64,000 nt of DNA from a virus. The position numbers were made by a program, and so were the translations under genes. The notes beneath the pieces are model-generated. The model searched no databases. It saw only the letters and a program-made list of their open reading frames with translations, and was not told the origin of the DNA. The stretch lies in the UHGV virus genome UHGV-0200554. One strand, given 5' to 3'. This document shows, one piece after another, positions 8,669 to 18,114 of this stretch. The stretch's first letter is position 1. Every line of letters starts with the position of its first letter.

Positions 8669-9073
8669 CTACTTTTTAATCTCAATTTTGCCGTATGGAG
8701 GCATATCATCAAGATTACTGTTTTTAAGCATTGTAGCACAATTTTTATCTGGTGTCCACTGTTTTTTATCATTGTCCCAATAATAAGGAGATCTGCTATC
8801 AGGATGTTTAATTATAAACACTTCAGGTGCTGTTGTCAAGTCAATTTTTTCAAAATCTACGTGGACTTTACCATTAAACCCGCCACGTTGATATCCACGG
8901 TCGAAATTTGATCTTGCAAATAAATATCCGGCTAACCAGCCAGCAGAGACACCATCCCCCGCGATGGCGTAGCCAATTACACGTTTTCTCTTCTGGTGGT
9001 CATCCTCAACATCCCAGGCATCTTCCACCAGAGTAGTTATTTTATACAGATTCACCTCTGTGGGCCTCCTCAT
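8669..9073 (-). CDS. hypothetical protein (134 aa)
   Basis: ORF. Confidence 0.45.
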   Translation of the reverse strand: MRRPTEVNLYKITTLVEDAWDVEDDHQKRKRVIGYAIAGDGVSAGWLAGYLFARSNFDRGYQRGGFNGKVHVDFEKIDLTTAPEVFIIKHPDSRSPYYWDNDKKQWTPDKNCATMLKNSNLDDMPPYGKIEIKK

Positions 9074-9404
9074 AGTTCAGAATCATGGCATCTACAAACA
9101 ACATCCGCATAACGTTGAGGTGTTTGTTCTTGCGGCTATAATACACGTATGCATCCCCGTTGTCAAACGGAAACTGTGTGTCACCATAAACTTTTTCCAG
9201 AGCATTTTCCAGCTCTTCCTGGAGCTGATAGTACGTCCCTGTATCAAGACCTTGATAAGAGGCATACTCAGCCAGGTTCCCACATAAACCGCGATGATCC
9301 TGGAACACAGGATCAGTGTCTTTAGCACCTCCCCATGCCCAGCTCCTGTACTCCATGTAAAACTGGTACATGAAGTCAGAAGGAATTACTGTCTCAATAA
9401 CCAT
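9042..9404 (-). CDS. hypothetical protein (120 aa)
   Basis: ORF. Confidence 0.45.
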   Translation of the reverse strand: MVIETVIPSDFMYQFYMEYRSWAWGGAKDTDPVFQDHRGLCGNLAEYASYQGLDTGTYYQLQEELENALEKVYGDTQFPFDNGDAYVYYSRKNKHLNVMRMLFVDAMILNYEEAHRGESV

Positions 9405-9413
9405 AACCCACCT

Positions 9414-9713
9414 CTACTCATCTACATATATGAGCAGGATACGAGTATCCGGCACCCCAGTTACTTCCCAGTAGCCACCACCTGGATAAACTTTACCAAG
9501 CAGTACGCCGATATGGCGACGGATTTTCTCAACCATCTCTTCCATACGTTGTGCATCTTTGCGTCGGAACATGCGGAATGTGCCGTTTGACAAACGGTAT
9601 TGGTATTCCATCATCTTATCGACTAATTCAGCTACACGGTTTACTACCGGATCGTCATCGAGGCCATCAAGTAAACGAACATGACGCATAACTCTCTCCT
9701 TACCAGCCTTCAT
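9414..9713 (-). CDS. hypothetical protein (99 aa)
   Basis: ORF. Confidence 0.45.
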   Translation of the reverse strand: MKAGKERVMRHVRLLDGLDDDPVVNRVAELVDKMMEYQYRLSNGTFRMFRRKDAQRMEEMVEKIRRHIGVLLGKVYPGGGYWEVTGVPDTRILLIYVDE

Positions 9714-9761
9714 AGCGGATAATTGGTTGTGGGGGTTCAGGTGGACGTGGTTTATCGTCCT

Positions 9762-10025
9762 TTACAGCTTTTTTGGCGGTGCTGCCTTAGGCATATGAGC
9801 TTTAGTATGGATCTGGTCAGCAGTGTAATACTGTGCACCCTGCTCTGTTAAAGCTCGGTCTTTCACATAGCAATCAGCAGCCCAAACGGCCTGTTCTTCA
9901 CTATGCCATTTACGCTGACCATTTAGCCAAATATCATGCCACATTGGGATAAAGCCAAGGTGAACTTTCTTCACCTGTGCCCTCCACCATACACCATCAA
10001 AGAAGATTTTAAATTCCACTTCCAT
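9762..10025 (-). CDS. hypothetical protein (87 aa)
   Basis: ORF. Confidence 0.45.
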   Translation of the reverse strand: MEVEFKIFFDGVWWRAQVKKVHLGFIPMWHDIWLNGQRKWHSEEQAVWAADCYVKDRALTEQGAQYYTADQIHTKAHMPKAAPPKKL

Positions 10026-10297
10026 CAGTCATCCTCCACCAGCTGTGCACCTGCCGGATAAATACCTGTTTCAACCCAAAGCTCACACTGAGCGTACCCT
10101 GGGATACGAGACAGCGAGCAAGGTTTAGATGTAGTGTAGAAACGGCGTTCACCGTAACCGTTCTCCTGGAGGATCCAGAAACCTACGTCACCATCTCCAG
10201 GTATTTTCATGCCGTTCTCATCGAGCCACTCTATACTCCAGCGGCGATAAGCTACTGTGTGGAATTTACGTTTCTGCCACCAGTTAAAGAGCCACAT
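10025..10297 (-). CDS. hypothetical protein (90 aa)
   Basis: ORF; start/stop overlap with neighbours. Confidence 0.45.
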   Translation of the reverse strand: MWLFNWWQKRKFHTVAYRRWSIEWLDENGMKIPGDGDVGFWILQENGYGERRFYTTSKPCSLSRIPGYAQCELWVETGIYPAGAQLVEDD

Positions 10298-10478
10298 CTG
10301 TAACCTCCTCCAGCTTCACATAACGCCACGTACGGCTGTAGAGGGCACCAGCGTCATCAAGAGTATCACGGATGTACTCAGGAGTCGTGCCTTCTTTAAA
10401 AACGAGAACCCTGACCAGATGCCAGTCTTCGTCAATAGACATACGACCAGATATGATGAAAGTTGTTTCTGTAGGCAT
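10284..10478 (-). CDS. hypothetical protein (64 aa)
   Basis: ORF. Confidence 0.4.
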   Translation of the reverse strand: MPTETTFIISGRMSIDEDWHLVRVLVFKEGTTPEYIRDTLDDAGALYSRTWRYVKLEEVTDVAL

Positions 10479-10675
10479 CAGAAGATCTCCTCTTCAAAAA
10501 TACCTCTCTCAATAGCTTTTATCATAAGCTCTTTAGTGAAAGCAGAACCTTTCCCCTTACTTATATTTTCAGACCTACACACCATTACAATGTTTGGAGT
10601 GTCTGAGTGCACGATGTAATACAAACCATTCTGTTTGTTGAAGTAATAAGTGTCGTATTTAAATTTGTTAGCCAT
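10478..10675 (-). CDS. hypothetical protein (65 aa)
   Basis: ORF. Confidence 0.4.
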   Translation of the reverse strand: MANKFKYDTYYFNKQNGLYYIVHSDTPNIVMVCRSENISKGKGSAFTKELMIKAIERGIFEEEIF

Positions 10676-10983
10676 TAGCGTCTACCTCTACCTTTTCTTT
10701 TTACTGCTTTCTTAGGTTTCTCAGCTTCATCGTCTGCATTAAACATCTGCATGAGATGTGCCTGAGAATTCTTACCAAGGCCGGGTTTCTTCAAAGGATT
10801 ATCATGTTCTTCAATGTCAATCTCTACTGACTCAACCTCTCCGACCTTGTATGGCAATTCTAACAGAAGTTTACCATCCTTGTCAAATGTTTTTATAATA
10901 ATTGTTTTCCCTTTTTCTTCTACCTCATAACGGACACCCGCCGTATAGAAAAGTGTACCGTCATTATGATGGATCCACAGCAT
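10675..10983 (-). CDS. hypothetical protein with basic C-terminal tail (102 aa)
   Basis: ORF. Confidence 0.45.
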   Translation of the reverse strand: MLWIHHNDGTLFYTAGVRYEVEEKGKTIIIKTFDKDGKLLLELPYKVGEVESVEIDIEEHDNPLKKPGLGKNSQAHLMQMFNADDEAEKPKKAVKRKGRGRR

Positions 10984-11167
10984 CGCCTTCCTCCTTCAAC
11001 ATCTGGTGGTAGATATCCATAATGGCATCGTATGCAACATCAAAACCTTGCTGACGCAGCATATCTTCCAGAGGAGACTCCATTGTTGGGTTGTAGTGAC
11101 GAGCTACGATATCCCGATCCAGTTCGTCAAAAATGCGTTGGAATACCTCAAATTGCTCTTTTGTCAT
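10964..11167 (-). CDS. hypothetical protein (67 aa)
   Basis: ORF. Confidence 0.4.
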   Translation of the reverse strand: MTKEQFEVFQRIFDELDRDIVARHYNPTMESPLEDMLRQQGFDVAYDAIMDIYHQMLKEEGDAVDPS

Positions 11168-11553
11168 ATACGAACCCCATCTGCTGGCCCAGAGTATCGC
11201 TCAGGTTCCGTTACCGGATCACTGGCTGCTGGAGCTTCCATTCGCATCTGAGCCTGATCTCCATCCATATAAAGCCAGAACTCTATCTCTTCACCAGAAG
11301 AAAGGATAGCATAACCGTGGAAGAAATCTTTGTTCTTAGTCAACTTTTCGTCAATTGTTGCTTCGACACAAACTTCTTCATAGCCACTTTTTTGTAGCGT
11401 GTACGTTGCAACCTGGCAAGCATAAGCCTCTTGATCTCTGTAATCTTCACCCAGTGAATGAATGATGAAACCCAAGCCTAATCCGCAAAACAGGATAATG
11501 CCTAAAGCAAGCATACACTTGGCGAAAGCAACACTGAACAGAAAATTTTTCAT
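11164..11553 (-). CDS. membrane or secreted protein (129 aa, hydrophobic N-terminus)
   Basis: ORF; N-terminal hydrophobic segment with Cys residues. Confidence 0.45.
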   Translation of the reverse strand: MKNFLFSVAFAKCMLALGIILFCGLGLGFIIHSLGEDYRDQEAYACQVATYTLQKSGYEEVCVEATIDEKLTKNKDFFHGYAILSSGEEIEFWLYMDGDQAQMRMEAPAASDPVTEPERYSGPADGVRI

Positions 11554-11683
11554 ACAATGAACCTCATAGCTTCAACAAACAGAAGACCTAATGCTGCACC
11601 GAACGCAAACCAGCACACCCCATCAATTAACTCCTTAATGAACTTTTTCATGTTGCCCTCTCTTACACATCCTTGTGTAACAT

Positions 11684-12139
11684 TTATTCAAAAAGTAGCT
11701 CTACGTGGTGTAAAATAAGCATTAATTGCATTAACACAATGACAAGAACTACCCAGTTGGCTTTATTATTAACAATTTTACGAATCTTTTCAGAACGTGA
11801 TTCAGGTAGAGATCTCAGGATACGCTCTACTGAACGATTCATATCACGGATAGCCATTTTAAAACTGTCCGATCCTTCATCTTGCTCCGTAACCACGTCG
11901 AAAGCACAGTCTTTAGCGTTACCTCCAGAACCACGAGTCACAATGAGTCGATACATTGACACAGAATAATGTGTATTCGACTCAGCGTCATAGATGCTGA
12001 GAACTTCTTTGGTATGGTCAATTGCTGATGAAAGTTTAATCGCACCAGCTGTCGTCTCAATTTTACCAGCCTCAAGGAGCATTAACCAATGCTTTTTATC
12101 CAGATTCTCAAGACTAGATCTGACGTACTTCACAAACAT
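11684..12139 (-). CDS. hypothetical protein with C-terminal transmembrane segment (151 aa)
   Basis: ORF. Confidence 0.45.
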   Translation of the reverse strand: MFVKYVRSSLENLDKKHWLMLLEAGKIETTAGAIKLSSAIDHTKEVLSIYDAESNTHYSVSMYRLIVTRGSGGNAKDCAFDVVTEQDEGSDSFKMAIRDMNRSVERILRSLPESRSEKIRKIVNNKANWVVLVIVLMQLMLILHHVELLFE

Positions 12140-12352
12140 TTAATCCTCCTTGCCGAAAGTTAAAAAGAAGTTAAAATCATCAATCCAGTCCCAATTAGAG
12201 CGGATCATAGGCCACGATTTATCACCATGCTCAACATTGTGGGCGCGATAGTCCATCTCCCACACATCAATTAGCTGGTGCATATACTCTTTAGCCTGCT
12301 CAAGAGACATGTTGTCAGGATCAATTTTTGTAATGTCAATCATCTTCATCAT
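12140..12352 (-). CDS. hypothetical protein (70 aa)
   Basis: ORF. Confidence 0.4.
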   Translation of the reverse strand: MMKMIDITKIDPDNMSLEQAKEYMHQLIDVWEMDYRAHNVEHGDKSWPMIRSNWDWIDDFNFFLTFGKED

Positions 12353-12583
12353 CCTCTTTTAGTTTGTGATAAAGGATAATTGCACCCGCTAAGATAACAA
12401 AAAACAGGCACACCCCAGTCAACATCTCAACCAACATTGCTTGGCCCATGATCAACCTCTTCAATTAGCTCAACAACTTCATGTAGCAAGTTTTGCAACA
12501 AAATTTGATCAGCCAATGTTTTAGCATTGTTTCTGTGGTCTTTTATGATGTGGAGCACTTGCCACAACAATTGGGCATGAATA

Positions 12584-12802
12584 TCATCTTCCATCACCAC
12601 CTCCTCTCAGCTTACGCATATTCTTAACCCAATCGATTACACCGATCAGCAAGCCCAGGAACAGGAAAGGCCACAATCCTGCCAACCCAAGGATATTATG
12701 AACATCATCACCATCAATCCGACGTTTAGTCTTCATACACAGGATTGCCAGAACAATCATCAACAATCCTGCTACACCGAAATATAGTTCAACAATGCCC
12801 AT
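12584..12802 (-). CDS. small two-helix membrane protein (72 aa)
   Basis: ORF; two hydrophobic segments. Confidence 0.4.
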   Translation of the reverse strand: MGIVELYFGVAGLLMIVLAILCMKTKRRIDGDDVHNILGLAGLWPFLFLGLLIGVIDWVKNMRKLRGGGDGR

Positions 12803-12813
12803 TGTGTCAACTC

Positions 12814-13329
12814 CTATTTAAATTCTGCCATACTGCGGATCATCCGATCACGAGCTTTTCTGTGATGAGTACGCATACATTCTTCAAACACTCCAGAGAT
12901 AAATCTTGAAATGTAATCTCTTTCAGCTTTAGTTAGGAGTTCTTCCTCTTCTATTTCGACAGTTTTGTAAGCATATAGACCACATTCGTTGTAGCCTTCA
13001 TAATAATTCACAGCAATTTTAACAGGAAGATCATGACCTTCAAGGGTGAACGGTGTTAACCGACGCTCTGGGTGGCCTGTTTCCTCACCTTCAACAAAAT
13101 AAAGCGTATTATCATCGAACGCTTTGTCCATGCAAGCCACAAAAGCAGCTACTGCCTCAGAAACACCAGCGATAAAGTAAGCATATTTAGCTTTAGCCAT
13201 CATGATTTGATGACGTTTTACATCTGCTTCAGTGTGCTTTCCTGAAGCATAGTAATAATATGTGTGGATCTTATCCGGCGATACGTAAAAGTCTTCCCAA
13301 GTGTACAGTAGCTTGCTCATAGTGGTCAC
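12814..13329 (-). CDS. hypothetical protein (171 aa)
   Basis: ORF. Confidence 0.45.
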   Translation of the reverse strand: MTTMSKLLYTWEDFYVSPDKIHTYYYYASGKHTEADVKRHQIMMAKAKYAYFIAGVSEAVAAFVACMDKAFDDNTLYFVEGEETGHPERRLTPFTLEGHDLPVKIAVNYYEGYNECGLYAYKTVEIEEEELLTKAERDYISRFISGVFEECMRTHHRKARDRMIRSMAEFK

Positions 13330-13559
13330 TCCTCAACTATTTCGAACCCTAAACCGCCATGCTCTGGGAGCGGCAGAAGGGACATGTAGTAGGTATATCC
13401 GGGGGATATTCTTCCCTCTTTTGCACCTGCCTCTAATAAATCAACACCACGAATTATAACAATTGTCGGATCGGTTGTCAAGCGTTTACAGGGAACAATT
13501 TTGCCAACACAATCACAGAGGGATGGGTAACCGTGGTCGGTAAGGAATTTGACTTTCAT
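13326..13559 (-). CDS. small protein (77 aa), C-terminus ...FEIVEE, probable paralogue family member
   Basis: Shared C-terminal motif. Confidence 0.45.
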   Translation of the reverse strand: MKVKFLTDHGYPSLCDCVGKIVPCKRLTTDPTIVIIRGVDLLEAGAKEGRISPGYTYYMSLLPLPEHGGLGFEIVEE

Positions 13560-13600
13560 TTAAACCTCCTGAAAGGCCATCCCTGGCAGGCTAAAGAAAC

Positions 13601-14011
13601 TTACTGAACTGTTTTTGGAGCTACCATTGACAATTCTTCAATAGCGAAGAGTTCGTTACCCACAATGATATCTTCTTTTTCGCAGTTTTCAGGGTCTTCC
13701 GCGTAAATCAGAGCTACTTCATCAAATTTACAACCGATGCGATTGCCCTTATTGTCTTCCATCTGCATACGAGGATGTTCAGTCATGCAGATGTATCCGT
13801 CTGTACCGACAGTACCTTCCATAGGTTCCTGACCTGCTACTAGGATCAGGATTGTTGCACCTTTAGGTACAAAACCCATCACCTGAACAGTGTCACCAAC
13901 AATACTTTCACCGAAATGAGTTTTCTCAAACATTGTGTCTTTCACCACTGTGGCGAATTCACCGTTCACTTCTTTCTTGCCGCTCTCACCTGTTACGATT
14001 TCGATTTTCAT
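13601..14011 (-). CDS. hypothetical protein (136 aa)
   Basis: ORF. Confidence 0.45.
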   Translation of the reverse strand: MKIEIVTGESGKKEVNGEFATVVKDTMFEKTHFGESIVGDTVQVMGFVPKGATILILVAGQEPMEGTVGTDGYICMTEHPRMQMEDNKGNRIGCKFDEVALIYAEDPENCEKEDIIVGNELFAIEELSMVAPKTVQ

Positions 14012-14023
14012 CGTGGACTCCTG

Positions 14024-14284
14024 TTATTTCCAAGTGTTCATGTATTTTATTAAATCTAACATATCCCTGCCATGATCCAGATCATAAATTTCATCAGCCG
14101 GAATCATGCCAGTCAGTCTTTTGAAGTGCTCATCCTTACGCAGCATCTCACGGCACCACCAACCGCTACCTTCAGGTTTTTCACCTTGTGTGATGAATAG
14201 CTCTGTATAGTGTTTGTTTTTGCGGAACCAGATGTTGAATTTAACGTAAGCCATAAGCACCTCCGATGTTTTGAATAGTAACAC
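14024..14284 (-). CDS. hypothetical protein (86 aa)
   Basis: ORF. Confidence 0.4.
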   Translation of the reverse strand: MLLFKTSEVLMAYVKFNIWFRKNKHYTELFITQGEKPEGSGWWCREMLRKDEHFKRLTGMIPADEIYDLDHGRDMLDLIKYMNTWK

Positions 14285-14291
14285 ACATCTA

Positions 14292-14588
14292 TTACCATGT
14301 CAACATCAAAAACACAAATACAGCATCTTTTTCTGGATTCATCCCGATCACATCCACAGATATACCACCAGATCTTAGGTCAGCTATCATGTGAGGAATG
14401 TAATCTGACAGATGCTCAGGTATTTTCAGCGTGAATGAGCAGCCAAAGAAGCCTGCAACTGCCTTTTCTTTGGCTGTAGCCACAACTGCATCATAAAGCT
14501 CGTTCATCTCTTTAGGAAGCGTTACAGGAGCTTTCATGGCCAGGTTGTGTAGCGTATCTCTTGCGTTCATTATTCTGGTCCTATCCAC
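14292..14588 (-). CDS. hypothetical protein (98 aa)
   Basis: ORF. Confidence 0.4.
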   Translation of the reverse strand: MDRTRIMNARDTLHNLAMKAPVTLPKEMNELYDAVVATAKEKAVAGFFGCSFTLKIPEHLSDYIPHMIADLRSGGISVDVIGMNPEKDAVFVFLMLTW

Positions 14589-15088
14589 ATGAATGGTGGA
14601 AGTTTCAGCAGGTCCTGTTTATCCCACACAAAGAAGGCATACGCCTGACCATCAGTTCTGCCGTTCTCCTGGAAGGATGGACGCTTGGCAATGGTGATTA
14701 TCGTTGTGGGTTGGTGGGTTTGCCACCACTCATAACGTGTCTTTGACTCAAGAAAATTCAGACGAAGTAGCATGATCACCACATCAGCATCACTCAGACC
14801 TTTCTCAATAAACTCTTGAGCTTTAGAGAAGGGCGGGTTGGTCACAATGCAGTTAACATGTGGGTAATCTGTTTTCAGATAGTCCACACCTTCCTGAATT
14901 TCACCCCAGGCTGAACCTAACGGCATATTGCTGTAGAACGGCCCTGTTGCACTGTTTCTGCACGGCTCCATGAACGTGAAGTGGTCAGGGAAGTCAATCA
15001 GTTCGAATAGTGCATCCGCTAAATATTGTGGGGTGACATATTCATCATAGGGTTTACGTTCACTATCTGGCTTGCGAGCACAGGTCAT
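14570..15088 (-). CDS. small protein with NPPF motif (VTNPPF), possible N6-adenine methyltransferase-like
   Basis: Motif-IV-like NPPF in ORF translation; no clear SAM-binding motif found by eye. Confidence 0.35.
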   Translation of the reverse strand: MTCARKPDSERKPYDEYVTPQYLADALFELIDFPDHFTFMEPCRNSATGPFYSNMPLGSAWGEIQEGVDYLKTDYPHVNCIVTNPPFSKAQEFIEKGLSDADVVIMLLRLNFLESKTRYEWWQTHQPTTIITIAKRPSFQENGRTDGQAYAFFVWDKQDLLKLPPFMWIGPE

Positions 15089-15101
15089 AAATAAATCTCC
15101 A

Positions 15102-15126
15102 GATCAAAAAAGCCCTCCGAAGAGGG
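15102..15126 (-). terminator. intrinsic terminator (AGCCCTC-loop-GAGGGCT + T6 on minus strand)
   Basis: Hairpin plus TTTTTT immediately downstream of ClpP-like gene. Confidence 0.6.
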
Positions 15127-15142
15127 CTTAGCGTTATGTTAA

Positions 15143-16156
15143 TCAGCCCAGCAATTTATCATGAAGATCTTTGCCAGCTTTGATGATTTTTTTAACCAGA
15201 CGACCACGGTTGTTGTCTTTAACTTCAATTTCTTCACCAGTTAAAGCACCGTGTAACTGAACCAGAATCTCACGGAGTTCTGCAACAGTGAAGTCTTTCA
15301 GCTCTTCTTCACTTAACGTTGCAACGTTCAGTTTAAAGTTACGACCATCGTCCATCAGCAGATTCAGATAAACATCTTTCGGTTTATCTTCTTCCTTGTC
15401 TTTAGCTTTCGCTTCATGGATAGCTTTTACCAGTTCTTCCATAGAATTGCATTGACGAACTTCCGGTAAACCTTCTTCACCTAACAAGCCACGGTCTTTG
15501 TTGAAAGGCAGAGCCTGCTGACCAGCCTGAATACGTGCAATATTCTCTTCGTCAAGGATGATTGCACCAGTGCGTTCAGCCATGTCTTCTTCGTTCAACC
15601 AGACCTGACCACCACCTTTAATTTTCGCAATCTCTTCTTCAGTCAGAACACCAGTGTACATTTTATCAATCAAGCGATCAAAATGACGTTTGAAGAAAGT
15701 TACCTGATCGTGCATGTTAGCACCGTCACCATAAGTCCCGCCCTGGTAGTTATGGAACATGAATTCACAGTTCGGAGACAAAGTACGTTCTTTTGCACCT
15801 AACCACAGAATAGTACCAGCAGAGCAGACCATACCTTCAGCGTGAGTAACTACATGGCCCTGAGATTCACGCATTGCTTGGAGATAAGCCATAGCAATGT
15901 TAACGCAACCCCCTGGGCTATTGATGATAATTCTAATAGAATCATCAGGTTGCAGCATACGAATCAGTTGTAAACGAGATAGATGGTCCTGAAGGTCTTC
16001 TAAGTCATCAATATAGATGACATGATCCATAACCGGAGCAGGATAGCTGTATGTTTCCATGATGCCACCAGGCATACCGAACATTTTGTTCTGCATCGGT
16101 TCTACTGCTTTCTCGTTGCGTTCAGGCTGACGACGATTGTTATAAAATTTGTTCAT
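15143..16156 (-). CDS. ClpP-family (S14-like) serine protease with ~150-aa C-terminal helical extension
   Basis: INSPGG, GMVCSAG (Ser) and FMFHN (His) motifs; start moved to Met with AAGGA RBS. Confidence 0.6.
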   Translation of the reverse strand: MNKFYNNRRQPERNEKAVEPMQNKMFGMPGGIMETYSYPAPVMDHVIYIDDLEDLQDHLSRLQLIRMLQPDDSIRIIINSPGGCVNIAMAYLQAMRESQGHVVTHAEGMVCSAGTILWLGAKERTLSPNCEFMFHNYQGGTYGDGANMHDQVTFFKRHFDRLIDKMYTGVLTEEEIAKIKGGGQVWLNEEDMAERTGAIILDEENIARIQAGQQALPFNKDRGLLGEEGLPEVRQCNSMEELVKAIHEAKAKDKEEDKPKDVYLNLLMDDGRNFKLNVATLSEEELKDFTVAELREILVQLHGALTGEEIEVKDNNRGRLVKKIIKAGKDLHDKLLG

Positions 16157-16210
16157 GATAGCGATCCTTATGTGAGGGTAGACTTGTTGTAGCGTCACTG
16201 CATCACCACC

Positions 16211-16528
16211 TTATCTTGCTACAACGTATTTGTAAGTGTTGTCGTTCTCTGGAATTCCTGCAATGTCAACAATGTACCAGATTACACCGTCTATGTCAAC
16301 CTTTTCTCCAACAAATTTTACTTCACTTGTGAAATACTCCATAGACTCTGTGAACATCTTGTAAGACGAATTTGTCAAGATTGCCACACTTTCTACAGAA
16401 CCGTCAGGATTCTTAATCCATGCATTACGTGTTCCCTTATTGGCTACGATATAACCTTCACCTTTAGGGACAAGGCAATACACTTTGTTTAGTCTTTCTT
16501 GCAATGATAGGAATCTCTTTTCTGCCAT
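16211..16528 (-). CDS. hypothetical protein (105 aa)
   Basis: ORF. Confidence 0.45.
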   Translation of the reverse strand: MAEKRFLSLQERLNKVYCLVPKGEGYIVANKGTRNAWIKNPDGSVESVAILTNSSYKMFTESMEYFTSEVKFVGEKVDIDGVIWYIVDIAGIPENDNTYKYVVAR

Positions 16529-16617
16529 ACTTCGTTCTCCTCTTTATGGGACTAACTATAACAGAAACGATGAGGGTTGTCAACAGTTTTCTTTCAATAA
16601 ATTTTAAAATACTACCC

Positions 16618-16642
16618 ACAAAGGGGGCCGAAGCCCCCGTGT
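16618..16642 (-). terminator. intrinsic terminator (GGGGGCC-loop-GGCCCCC) downstream of PhoH-like gene
   Basis: Perfect GC hairpin followed by T-rich tract on minus strand. Confidence 0.5.
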
Positions 16643-16651
16643 TGTGAGTGA

Positions 16652-17440
16652 TTATTCAGATACCGGAGTCCAGATTTTATTTTTACGGTCTTCAATAAGG
16701 TTAAGAGCAATCTGGCGACCAATACCAGAACGGACTACATCATCTGGACTATCGAAGTCTACCATACCAACTTCTTCGTCCGGGTGACGAGTGAAGAAGT
16801 CAGTAACCCATGCAAGGCCAGAACGACCTGCAATATCGCGTTGCGAGTTATCACCCATGATTACCAGCGTTGCCTGGTCTGAAACACGAGTGATGATCGA
16901 CAACATTTCTTCCGGTGAAGTTTGCTGTGCTTCGTCAATCAGTACAAAGCAGCGTTCGTCGAAAGAACGACCACGAATTGATTCAACTTCGCAAATCTCA
17001 ATGCGGCTGTTCTGACCATCACCAAGCATAGCTGCAAATGCACCACCACCAACCTGACGGCGAATAGTGTCCATCATGCTACGCAAATAAGGCCAAAGTT
17101 TCTGCATCGCATTACCAGGTTTAAACCCTGAAGTTTTACCAGTCTGAACATATGGACGTGCAACAATGATTTTATCAATCTCATTTTTGCGTAACTGTTG
17201 ACCAGCAAAAGCTGAAGCCATGAACGTTTTACCGCTACCGAACACACCGTTTACGATAACAATCTTCTTAGTTTGTAAGAAGTGCAGATATAACCCTTGT
17301 TTTTTGTTGAGAGGACGGATAGCAGGAGCATTATACTCACGTTCTTCAGCAAATTTTTCCGCTGCGTGTCTCATACGCTCGTTTTTACGAGCTTCTTTAG
17401 CATCTTCACGCATACGACGAGTTTCGCGACTTCTACCCAT
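16652..17440 (-). CDS. phoH: PhoH-like P-loop ATPase
   Basis: Walker A GVFGSGKT and PhoH-like overall pattern in ORF translation. Confidence 0.75.
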   Translation of the reverse strand: MGRSRETRRMREDAKEARKNERMRHAAEKFAEEREYNAPAIRPLNKKQGLYLHFLQTKKIVIVNGVFGSGKTFMASAFAGQQLRKNEIDKIIVARPYVQTGKTSGFKPGNAMQKLWPYLRSMMDTIRRQVGGGAFAAMLGDGQNSRIEICEVESIRGRSFDERCFVLIDEAQQTSPEEMLSIITRVSDQATLVIMGDNSQRDIAGRSGLAWVTDFFTRHPDEEVGMVDFDSPDDVVRSGIGRQIALNLIEDRKNKIWTPVSE

Positions 17441-17534
17441 TTTGGGACTCCTTAGTTGAGGATAATTGGGGAATATTGTTTCAGACCGCTACACTTCAGC
17501 ACCGCACGGCCTAATCAACGGCTGTTTTCTTGAA

Positions 17535-17894
17535 TCATCCCAGGAGTTCAGTTAAAGATTGATCAAGTCCGGCTGCTACGCCTTGTACACGAATGTTGAG
17601 TTTCTCTGTGTGGATCAGTTCCTCCAGCTCTTTCACGGAGAACTCTTTCGCCATTGCATCCACCATAATCTCCCGCACTTTGGCCTGAGTTTTAGCTAAC
17701 AATGCTTTTTCAAGTTGTTTAGCTTTTGCTTCCAGGTCTTTCATTAGGCGAGGATCGGTAGATTTCTGTAGTAACAGGCGAATACCTTCCAATTCAAATT
17801 GAATACTTTCAGCATGGCCTGCCATCATACGTGGAAATACTAAATCCACAAATTCTTGAGCCAAAGCTCTGCGTTTGTCTACATTAATCGGCAT
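17535..17894 (-). CDS. hypothetical helical protein (119 aa)
   Basis: ORF. Confidence 0.45.
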   Translation of the reverse strand: MPINVDKRRALAQEFVDLVFPRMMAGHAESIQFELEGIRLLLQKSTDPRLMKDLEAKAKQLEKALLAKTQAKVREIMVDAMAKEFSVKELEELIHTEKLNIRVQGVAAGLDQSLTELLG

Positions 17895-18114
17895 TATTCT
17901 TCTTCCTCTTCTTTTGCTTTACGTTTTGCCCTTTCCATTTCTTCATGTTTACGCCGACGTTTAAGCTCCAGTGCCATTTCTTTCTTCAGAGCTTTTTTCA
18001 GCATTTTCTTAGCCATCTCAAGGCCCCTCCTCTGTTTTGTTGAGCTAAGTATAACAAAGTTTACTGAGCTTTGTCAACCAATCTTTTAAGTATCATGTAT
18101 TGTTTGCTTGCTTT

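Noticed and set aside
8486-8911. Plus-strand ORFs antisense to the leftward genes (for example 8486..8911, 11032..11397, 20591..20791, 29761..30165, 37316..37678)
   Set aside because: They lie entirely within better-supported minus-strand genes and lack translation signals.
14113-14298. ORF 14113..14298 (-) as a separate gene
   Set aside because: It overlaps 14024..14284 in another frame; the latter tiles better with its neighbours.
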